Assembly (NCBI GenBank): GCA_046726415.1
Contig: JBKPAK010000012.1
Span: 1-13,543, forward strand
From: Candidatus Methylomirabilota bacterium
Lineage (GTDB): Bacteria > Methylomirabilota > Methylomirabilia > Rokubacteriales > CSP1-6
Direction: 5' to 3'
Length of the DNA: 13,543 bases
Program-made: the position numbers and the translations under genes
Part shown: positions 7,071 to 13,543 of the stretch, piece by piece
How positions within the stretch are numbered: the first letter of the stretch is position 1
Layout: the number at the start of each line of letters is the position of its first letter
Notes under the pieces: generated by a model
What the model was told of the DNA's origin: nothing
Seen by the model: the letters and a program-made list of their open reading frames with translations, nothing else
Databases searched by the model: none

Positions 7071-8854
7071 CCTCCTCGGTTAGTGTGCGCAGGGCCATCT
7101 ATCTCACCCCCGCGCTGGGGCGCCGCGCCCGGCAGGCTCTGCGCCAGGAAATCCTCGTCCGCCTCCGGCCGGCTGTATTCGTATGGGCCGCGCTCGACGG
7201 CCGGCAGCCGCGACCCCCAGTTGAGGTGGGGTGGCGGCGAGGGCGCAGTCCACTCCAGGGTGCTCGCGCGCCAGGGGTTCGCGGGAGCCTTGGGGCCCCA
7301 GAACAAGGACCAGAAGAAGTTGATCACGAACGGAACTTGGGCGATGGCGAGCGCGAACGCCGACATGGTGATCAGGACGTTCCACGGCTGGAGGTGCCGC
7401 TGGAACTCATACTGCGTTGGGTTGTAGATCCGGCGCATGTGGCCGCCGAGGCCGAGGATGTGCATCGGGAAGAACGTCAGGTTGAAGAAGATGAAGGTCG
7501 GCCAGAAATGCAGATGCCCGAGCAAACGGCTCATCGTCCGACCGAACATCTTGGGGAACCAGTAGTAGATCGCCGCAAAGGCCGCGAACAGGGAGCCTCC
7601 AAACAGGACGTAGTGGATATGGGCCACGATGAAATAGGTGCCATGGATGTAGATGTCGACGGGAGCGGAGGCCATGAAGATCCCGCTGAGCCCGCCGATG
7701 ACAAACACCCCCACGAAGGCCAGTGCGTACAGCATCGGCACCGCAAATCGGATGCGCCCGCCCCACAGCGTCCCTAGCCAGTTGAACACCTTGATGGCCG
7801 AAGGCACCGCGATGATCATCGTCGTCACCATGAACGACATGGCGAGGGCGGGGTTCATGCCGCTCACAAACATGTGATGACCGTAGACGACCCAGGAGAG
7901 GAAGGCGATCGCGATCATCGAGAACACCATCGCGTGGTAGCCGAAGATCGGCTTGCGCGTGAACACCGGAAGAATCTCGGAGGTGATCCCCATGGCGGGC
8001 AGGATCAGGATGTAGACCTCGGGGTGGCCAAAGTACCAGAAGAGGTGCTGCCACAAGAGCGGCTCGCCGCCACCTCCGGGCGTGAACCAGCTCGTGCCGA
8101 ACGAGCGGTCGAAGAACAACATCGCGACCGCCGACATCAGCACAGGCAGGGCGAGCAGCGCCAACGCGGCCGTGATGAACAGGGCCCAGACGACCAGGGG
8201 CATTCGGAAGAACGTCATGCCGGGCGCCCGCATGTTGATCACGGTCGTGATGTAGTTGATCGAGCCCATCATCGACGAGATCCCGAGCACGAAGAGGCTG
8301 ATACACCAAAGGTTTTGCCCCCAGTTGGTGCCGGTGTACCCCGGCACCGCGGCCAGGGGAGCGTAGGCCGTCCACCCGGTGGCGGCGTGTCCGCCCGGAA
8401 CGAAGAATCCTACGAGCATGATGAGGCCCGCCAGCGCGCCGGTCCAGAAAGACAGCATGTTCAGCCGGGGGAAAGCCATGTCGCGCGCTCCCAGCATGAG
8501 GGGGATCAGGAAGTTCCCGAAAGCTCCGACGAGAATCGGCATCAGGACGAAAAAGATCATGAGCGTCGCGTGCATGATGAAGAGCATGTTGTAAGTCTCG
8601 GGCGGGATGATGCCGTCGTAGAGATAGGGTTCGGGGATCTACCGGAGCCACCGGATCGACGTCTCGGGCCACGCCAGCTCCCAGCGAATGAGCATGGCGA
8701 GAAGGCCGCCGAGGAGCATCATGACAAGACCGAGGAACAAGAACTGGCGGGCGATCATCTTGTGATCGGTTGAAAAGACGTAGGCGCGGACGACGCCGGC
8801 CGCCACTGAGCCGGCGCGCGGGAGCGCGCGGGAGGCGCCCGCGGCGTCACTCAA
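7067..8854 (-). CDS. ctaD: Heme-copper oxidase (cytochrome c oxidase, type A1) subunit I, interrupted by an in-frame TAG at 8639-8641
   Basis: ORFs 8639..9064 and 7067..8587 share one frame: FSTDHKMIARQF-(TM1)-IRWELAWPETSIRWLR*IPEPYLYDGIIPPETYNMLFIMHAT. Also present: GARDMAFPRLN (D-channel), FGHPEVY, GHHMF, PSAIKVFNW (K-channel), AHIHY, MRRIY. The start is uncertain (TTG 8854 or GTG 8884); from 8854 the product would be about 595 aa with readthrough. Confidence 0.93.
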
Positions 8855-8903
8855 GAGGCGCGAGGCGTGGACTGCGAGTTTCACTTCGAGCCAATCGGCC
8901 CTC

Positions 8904-8954
8904 AGACTAGTGAGGATGAATGAGAGAACGATGAGAGGGCATGAAAATTTCTCA
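8904..8954 (-). promoter_or_regulatory. Helically phased direct repeats plus a -10-like hexamer upstream of the oxidase gene
   Basis: Plus-strand TGAGGA/TGAGAG/TGAGAG/TGAAAA at 8911, 8921, 8932 and 8942 (10-11-10 spacing) in an AT-rich patch. Minus-strand TAGTCT at 8909-8904. Confidence 0.55.
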
Positions 8955-9153
8955 GTCGCGCGCACCAGCGTCTGCCCGGATGGGCCGTCAGCGGCGTCAG
9001 CGTGGAGGGCCGCGGCAGCCTCCAGCGCTTCGTTCAGAGAGCTTAGGGCTATCGGGCTCCTCATCCGGTCCCTCGGGCTGAAGGCGGCGCTCCATGCTCG
9101 GCGGGGCGCCGCCCTCGTGCCGCAACAAAGCGCGGGATTCCCGGGTTGGCTAG

Positions 9154-10251
9154 TTATTGTCTTCCGGGTGGCGGCACCGGGACCAACGAGCCGAACAGGC
9201 CGTGGTGCTCGTCAAAGGGGCCTGCGGTGAAGAAGAGGGTGGTCTGCGGCCCAGCGGCGGCGCCGTTGCCGAAGGCCAACGCCCAAAGACCGTCGATCTC
9301 GATCGGCCGGCCGGCGGCGCTATGGAGTGGACCGCGAGCCTGAAACTCCCCTCGGCCAGTGAATCGCGCCGGGTCAAAGGCGTGGATGCGGCCGTTGCCG
9401 AAGTTGCCGACGAGCAGGTGATCGCTGAACTTTCCGAAGTCGGGGGGCGCGAGTGCCAACCCCCAAGGCGAGTTGAGCTGGCCCCTGGATGCGACGCGGC
9501 GGAGCAGGGTCCCCGCGGTATCAAAGGCGTTCACGAACCCGTGCCCCTCGCCCGGGACATCGTCTTCCTTGTTGGCGTCCTGAAGAGCGTACGTCACGTA
9601 GATGATGCCGTTTAGATTGCGGATCCCGAATGGCGCGTAACCCTCGGGGAGATCGGGATCGGCGAACGCTCCCGGCATGACGAGATGAAAAGCGCTGTCG
9701 AACACGTCGACCGTGCCCGCGTGGAAGTTAGTGGCGTAGAGGAGATCGCCGGTGGTCGAGCTGGCGATGGCGAGCCCCTTGTAGATGGCGCCGGAGGTGG
9801 AGTTGTCGACAACGACGAAGGCGTGGGTCGACGTCGGCGGGGGCGGGACGGCGGGGTTCCAGCCGGAGATGGTGCCGTCCTCGCTGGCAAAGAGAAAGCG
9901 GGCCGGGCCACTGTGCCCGGAGCCGTCGCTCACCACAAAGCCTGGACCGCCGTTGAAGACGATCCCCGTCGGCGCCCCTGGAACACTGACCGTGAGCGAT
10001 ACCTTGGCGCCGGTGTTGCCGTTGTAGAGCGTGGAGGTGCCGGTCCCATTGTTGGCCACCCACCACGGCGAGGTGGCGCTGGCCACCAGGCCCCAGGCGT
10101 TGACCAAGTCCGGATCGACGAGGTCCGCGGGCACGGCGCCGTCGGATACGAGGTTGTGCTGGACATAGAACTGAGCAGCGGCGGGATACACACTGCCGAC
10201 CACCACGACGATGGATAGCGAGATTACAACGCTGCGGATGCTCCAGCCCAT
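9154..10251 (-). CDS. TIGR03118 family secreted protein (365 aa)
   Basis: Sec-type signal peptide ending AAA-Q, then NLVSD, DPDLVNAWGL, PTGIVFN, FASEDGTISGW, AIYKGLA, YAPFGI, LNSPWGL, LLVGNFGNGRI, IDGLWAL, FTAGP, HGLFG. SD AAGGAGG upstream. Confidence 0.92.
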   Translation of the reverse strand: MGWSIRSVVISLSIVVVVGSVYPAAAQFYVQHNLVSDGAVPADLVDPDLVNAWGLVASATSPWWVANNGTGTSTLYNGNTGAKVSLTVSVPGAPTGIVFNGGPGFVVSDGSGHSGPARFLFASEDGTISGWNPAVPPPPTSTHAFVVVDNSTSGAIYKGLAIASSTTGDLLYATNFHAGTVDVFDSAFHLVMPGAFADPDLPEGYAPFGIRNLNGIIYVTYALQDANKEDDVPGEGHGFVNAFDTAGTLLRRVASRGQLNSPWGLALAPPDFGKFSDHLLVGNFGNGRIHAFDPARFTGRGEFQARGPLHSAAGRPIEIDGLWALAFGNGAAAGPQTTLFFTAGPFDEHHGLFGSLVPVPPPGRQ

Positions 10252-10328
10252 TAAAGTGCTCCCTCCTTCTCCCCGAGGGGCCGATGTGGGAGGCAGCCGC
10301 AGCTGCCCCCGATCAACCTCAGACTTGG

Positions 10329-12086
10329 TTACTGTCGGCAGATTTTCCAGATCACCCCCGTCCCGGGAATCTGGACGAGCGGAGCATCCAGGGGGTCTAG
10401 GAACTTGCTGGCCGGATCGGACTGTCCGAAGTCGCGCACTGCGCCGTAGTCGACGAGGTAGGCGCAGTCGTCGGGCCCGAACTTGAGATCTACCGGACGG
10501 TTGATCCCCCGAAGCCCATCGGGGAACGCCTGCTCGAACGTGATGTTATGGGCGAACCGCGACTGCTGAAGCTGAAGCGACTCACCCCGTCCACTAAAGT
10601 TCAGCTCGACGTCGTCTCCCGCCTCCGGCGTGCCGTTCGAGGCCGAGAACCCAAAATCCCCCTCGCGCGCGACGAGCGCGGCCCCGCGCTGGACCGGCCC
10701 GATGACGAAGGAATTTGGCACGAAGTCGAGTCCCACGACCGCGACGTCCGTCGGCTCGATGGCCAGGGGCGCCGTGATGGGCTGGGGCGGGAAAGCGAGC
10801 ACAGCCATCACAGGCACAGCTCCTGGTGGGTTCAGGGCAGTGACTTTAGGAATGCAGGCGGGGAAGGAGAGATTGGGTGGGATGGGCGGGCTGCAGAGAT
10901 CGTCCCCCGGCCCCCCGACGGGGCTGAACAGCGCCTGCGTCGACTCCAGGAACCCGAATCGGTCTGGCCACCCGTGGTAGTCCGGGCCCCCGTCGGGATT
11001 CTGCTGGGCGAGCGCGAGCCGGTCGGGCGCGTTGTTGGCCGGGCGGGCGCCGCGCTCGTCTTCGCCGTTCTCGGTCACGAACAGTCCGCCTTTCAGGGGA
11101 TGATCGTCCGGCGCGAACCGGATGCCGTAGGGGTTGCGGTAGCCCCACGAGAAAGGCTCGATTGTGTCCTTCGGATTTTTAGCGTGAATTTTTGCTCTCA
11201 AGATGGCGCCGTCGCAAATACCCGGGCCCGTCGCCGAGTCGAAGGCGGGGATGTGGGCCCCCTTACGCTGGACGCCGTGGGGCGAGTACCCGCTCGTCGC
11301 GACGGTGGGGGTGGAGAAGAACACATTGTTGCTCAGCACGATGTCCTGACAGGGAATGTCCTGCTGGTTGGTGCCACCGCCATTGTCATTGCCGACCACA
11401 CCCGAGTTGGTCGTCGACCCCTGTGACCAGTAAATCCAGTCGCCCTTGAAGGTGATCTGCTCGGCTGGATGGTCGCCGGTCGGCAGGCCGGTGATGAACG
11501 GGGTGACCTTGCCGCTGTCAGGATCCACGACTACGATGCGCGAACTGTTGTTTTGCGCCCCCGGTGTGCGGATGGCCTGGTTCGAGTCCGTGGCAAAGAG
11601 CCGCCCCCCGTGAAAGCCCTTTTCGAACGCGATATCGATCGCAGGGCCGTGCGGCTGCAGGCTATCCGTTCCCGAGCTGGGCTTGGCGAGCGGACCACGG
11701 AGCAGGCTCCCGTTGTGGTTGAACACCAGGATGTCGGGGGTGAACGGGTTGGTCGGCGAAGTCACTCCCCCGACGACGGCACTGTCCTCGTTGTTACACC
11801 GACTCGGCAGGCCGTGCCCCGACTCCAGCACGAAGACTTCGAAGCTGTTCTTGTTTCCGCGGAAAGCGACTGCCGTCGGGAAGTTCAGGTTTTTAGCGAA
11901 CACCGACACCTTGAAACCTGGAGGCACGACGATGTCTTCGCCGCTGCCCGGATCGTAGAGCACCTGTTCGATCGGACACTCAGGGTTTGCCACCGTGGCC
12001 GCCGTTGCTCCGGCCGGCTGGTGAAGAATCGTGAACATTGCAAGCGCTGTGAGCATGATCGGTACGCGAGGAGCACGAAAACTCAT
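10329..12086 (-). CDS. Secreted glucose/sorbosone dehydrogenase-like (PQQ-dependent sugar dehydrogenase family) beta-propeller protein (585 aa)
   Basis: Signal peptide; VPPGFKVSVFAKNLNFPTAVAF, GLPTGDH, QGSTTNSGVVG, WGYRNPYGIRF, ENGEDERGARP, HGWPD, RPVDLKFGPD, YLVDYG, TGVIWKI. SD AAGGAG upstream. Substrate and PQQ use are not demonstrated. Confidence 0.8.
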   Translation of the reverse strand: MSFRAPRVPIMLTALAMFTILHQPAGATAATVANPECPIEQVLYDPGSGEDIVVPPGFKVSVFAKNLNFPTAVAFRGNKNSFEVFVLESGHGLPSRCNNEDSAVVGGVTSPTNPFTPDILVFNHNGSLLRGPLAKPSSGTDSLQPHGPAIDIAFEKGFHGGRLFATDSNQAIRTPGAQNNSSRIVVVDPDSGKVTPFITGLPTGDHPAEQITFKGDWIYWSQGSTTNSGVVGNDNGGGTNQQDIPCQDIVLSNNVFFSTPTVATSGYSPHGVQRKGAHIPAFDSATGPGICDGAILRAKIHAKNPKDTIEPFSWGYRNPYGIRFAPDDHPLKGGLFVTENGEDERGARPANNAPDRLALAQQNPDGGPDYHGWPDRFGFLESTQALFSPVGGPGDDLCSPPIPPNLSFPACIPKVTALNPPGAVPVMAVLAFPPQPITAPLAIEPTDVAVVGLDFVPNSFVIGPVQRGAALVAREGDFGFSASNGTPEAGDDVELNFSGRGESLQLQQSRFAHNITFEQAFPDGLRGINRPVDLKFGPDDCAYLVDYGAVRDFGQSDPASKFLDPLDAPLVQIPGTGVIWKICRQ

Positions 12087-12340
12087 AGACCGACGCTCCT
12101 TCCTTCCCGACCGCGAGAGATTCGCGGGCGGGGGCTTGGTGCCTGCACGTGATCCAAGTGTTTCGGTCTAACGCGCGTCAGCCCCAATGCGCCGACGAGC
12201 GCGGCACAGGTGGGCCACGAGCGCGCAACACGCCTTGTCGAATATCGACAGAAGCGGTGCGCCCGAAGGCTCGGTTCAGGACCATCTCGCTTGTCCTTCA
12301 CGGGACCCTGTACGCCGAGTCCCGTCTCGCTTCAGTAGGG
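12086..12340 (-). ncRNA. Candidate structured 5' leader RNA (unassigned family)
   Basis: Consecutive hairpins at 12300-12325, 12278-12297, 12261-12270 (cUUCGg), 12223-12262 and 12106-12132, plus an 8-bp pairing 12163-12170/12086-12093 that includes the A of the start codon. Confidence 0.4.
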
Positions 12341-12348
12341 AGACCGCG

Positions 12349-12379
12349 TTAATAGTTAGAGCCTCACGGGCTTCGTCAA
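12349..12379 (-). promoter_or_regulatory. Possible sigma70-type promoter upstream of the structured leader
   Basis: TTGACG (12379-12374) and AT-rich TAACTATTAA. Spacing to TATTAA is a non-canonical 19 nt. Confidence 0.3.
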
Positions 12380-12482
12380 ACCGGTCGCCACGCGCGCGGC
12401 CGAGGCCACGCCTGCGGTTGCTCGCCGAGAGAAACTCTCGCGAGTCGGCTCAGCGAAAAAGGCGCGTGTGGGAGCGAAAGGA

Positions 12483-12851
12483 CTAGATCAGAGGATGCGA
12501 GTCAGCGAGAGCCGCGCGGGGCAGTGCCGAGTGAACTCCCTGCAGAGGAAATGATGGGAGCGGTCGAATACTGCTCGAGGGGCCGCGCGACGGCCCAAGA
12601 GAAGCGACATCTTCTGGCAGCGGAATCGTCGACGCTGAGGACGCCAGCGGCCGCTGGGCCTCGAGGCGTTCGCCCCCGCCTAGCCGACACTCCTCGAGAG
12701 CCGTGGCGGCCGCTCTCGTGGCCGTTGGCCGATTTGAGTCGTCGATGTCGATCACCTCGACGGCGACAAACGAGAGCAGAAAGGCTCCGAGGATCAGGTG
12801 TGCCGTTGGAAGGCGGCGAGAGGAGAGGCGCGCAGGAGACAACAGCGCCAT
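12483..12851 (-). CDS. Small hypothetical single-TM protein (122 aa), apparently leaderless
   Basis: MALLSPARLSSRRLPTAHLILGAFLLSFVAVEVIDIDDS..., a basic N-terminus, one hydrophobic helix and a Pro/Ser-rich tail ending LPRAALADSHPLI. A promoter places the predicted TSS on ATG 12851. The track's upstream extension to 12956 runs through IS21 sequence. Confidence 0.55.
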   Translation of the reverse strand: MALLSPARLSSRRLPTAHLILGAFLLSFVAVEVIDIDDSNRPTATRAAATALEECRLGGGERLEAQRPLASSASTIPLPEDVASLGPSRGPSSSIRPLPSFPLQGVHSALPRAALADSHPLI

Positions 12852-12858
12852 GCCGGCA

Positions 12859-12887
12859 AATCTATGCTTCTCGACAGGAGTAGTCAA
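12859..12887 (-). promoter_or_regulatory. Putative sigma70 promoter giving a leaderless mRNA
   Basis: TTGACT (12887-12882), 17 nt, TAGATT (12864-12859), 7 nt, ATG (12851). Confidence 0.65.
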
Positions 12888-12902
12888 GCGGCGGATTGAG
12901 TG

Positions 12903-13117
12903 CGGAAATTCTGGCAGGCCGCTCGGATAGTGGCCTGAGGTCGTGGTATAGGTCAAGTTTGACGAGCCGCGTGCGGTAGGACGGGCCGCGTAGCTCGAGG
13001 GTGGCGACCCCGTTCAAGCACCCGGTCGAGGATGGCCGCGGCGAGATCAGGATCGTGCAGCACGCGGCCCCAGGTGCCGAGCGGCGTGTTCGTGGTGAAG
13101 AGCATGGGGCGGTGGTG
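12903..13117 (-). mobile_element. istB: IS21-family istB (ATP-binding helper) 3' remnant
   Basis: HHRPMLFTTNTPLGTWGRVLHDPDLAAAILDRVLERGRH / LELRGPSYRTR matches the IstB C-terminal pattern TTN..W....D...A.AILDR......L.G.SYR. One extra base at 12999-13001. GCCAGAATTTCCG (12915-12903) may be part of the element's end repeat. Confidence 0.85.
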
Positions 13118-13250
13118 AGCGTAGGCCACATGAACGCCCTCCGCCCTCGCTCACCCGCTGTTGGGCCCCGTCCCCATTGATGCCAGTAGGCACAGCGCAC
13201 ATTACGGGCCTCCTCGCGAGCCGACGACAGCGCCAGCTCGACTGGGCGGC

Positions 13251-13279
13251 ATCCTATGCCGGCGCACCACCACCGTCAA
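13251..13279 (-). promoter_or_regulatory. Outward-facing sigma70 promoter inside the IS91/ISCR-like end
   Basis: TTGACG (13279-13274), 17 nt, TAGGAT (13256-13251). Confidence 0.6.
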
Positions 13280-13370
13280 CCGACCGGCAGGCTGGCCGGA
13301 TCAGCGCTGATGGCGCCTCGGGGTGCGGCGCAGGCACGACGGCATCCGCCGCGCCCCCGAGCCGATCCGA

Positions 13371-13543
13371 TCAGGGCGTGGCGGCGCCGGGCGCGGCTGG
13401 GGCGGGGCCGGGGCTTGGCCCCGAGGGGGCGATCCCCACGTGCGCGAGGATCTTCCGGATGACCGCCGGATCGTGGAGCGTGGCGATCAGGCGCAGCCGG
13501 CCCCCACAGTGCGGACACGCCAGGACGTCGATGGCAAACGCCC
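13371..13543 (-). CDS. IS91-family (Y2/HUH) transposase, C-terminal fragment (continues beyond the window)
   Basis: Frame from 13541, not in the ORF track: AFAIDVLACPHCGGRLRLIATLHDPAVIRKILAHVGIAPSGPSPGPAPAAPGAATP*. The CPxCGGxLRLIA...VIxKIL motif is typical of IS91/ISCR transposase C-termini. Confidence 0.85.
   Translation of the reverse strand, partial: AFAIDVLACPHCGGRLRLIATLHDPAVIRKILAHVGIAPSGPSPGPAPAAPGAATP

Larger units (their letters stand above)
13118..13543 (-). mobile_element. IS91/ISCR-like rolling-circle element: 3' end of the transposase and oriIS end
   Basis: The transposase C-terminus is followed by about 250 nt with inverted repeats (13320-13357; ATCAGCGCTGAT 13300-13311). This ends in GCGTTCATGTGGCCTACGC, which resembles the ISCR oriIS end GCGTTTGAACTTCCTATAC as I recall it. 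Sequence switches to istB immediately after. Confidence 0.75.

Noticed and set aside
8639..8641. Genome-wide TAG recoding or pyrrolysine
   Set aside because: TAG terminates the GYD gene and tatA at expected positions, and no pyl genes are in the window.
8885..9064. Long N-terminal extension of subunit I, or a subunit II remnant
   Set aside because: No CuA motif or oxidase similarity is visible, and the stretch contains promoter-like repeats.
121..12152. Many long antisense or alternate-frame ORFs (e.g. 121..924, 5354..6262, 7407..8672, 7874..8773, 10548..11426)
   Set aside because: They are Arg/Pro/Gly-rich shadows of real high-GC genes with no recognisable motifs.
7036..12293. 13-nt identity ACCATCTCGCTTG at 7036-7048 and 12281-12293
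   Set aside because: A single 13-mer match within 13.5 kb can arise by chance and there is no further flanking similarity.
12800..12851. Tat signal (SRRL) in the small TM protein as the TatA substrate
   Set aside because: It lacks the RRxFL-type consensus (SRRLPT) and a clear cleavage site.
1..13543. CRISPR array, tRNA, rRNA, or a complete defence system (e.g. Pycsar/CBASS from the cyclase + nuclease)
   Set aside because: No regularly spaced repeats or tRNA/rRNA signatures were seen. The cyclase belongs to the common zinc ribbon-cyclase-AAA family, and both parts are truncated.

Overview
High-GC bacterial DNA. The cyclase/ATPase family and IS types resemble what I recall from Ca. Rokubacteria/Methylomirabilota; this is inference and was not searched. 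The left part (1-3700) is a decayed patchwork: a frameshifted double-zinc-ribbon/class III cyclase/P-loop gene running into a 5'-truncated S1/P1 nuclease, a degraded hypothetical gene, an intact GYD-domain gene with a good sigma70 promoter, and an IS481 remnant. From 12851 down to 3741 a co-oriented minus-strand run encodes, in order: a small membrane protein that appears leaderless; a long structured leader; a secreted glucose/sorbosone-dehydrogenase-like beta-propeller; a secreted TIGR03118 protein; a heme-copper oxidase subunit I with no subunit II/III in the window and an in-frame TAG; a small broken ORF; TatA with a zinc ribbon; an HpnA-like SDR; and a cytochrome P450. The right end holds an IS21 istB remnant abutted by the oriIS end of an IS91/ISCR-like element whose outward promoter points into the cluster. 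The best novelty candidates are the orphan/split oxidase locus, the cyclase-nuclease chimera, the start-codon-sequestering leader RNA and the hpnA-P450 pair. None can be proven from sequence alone.
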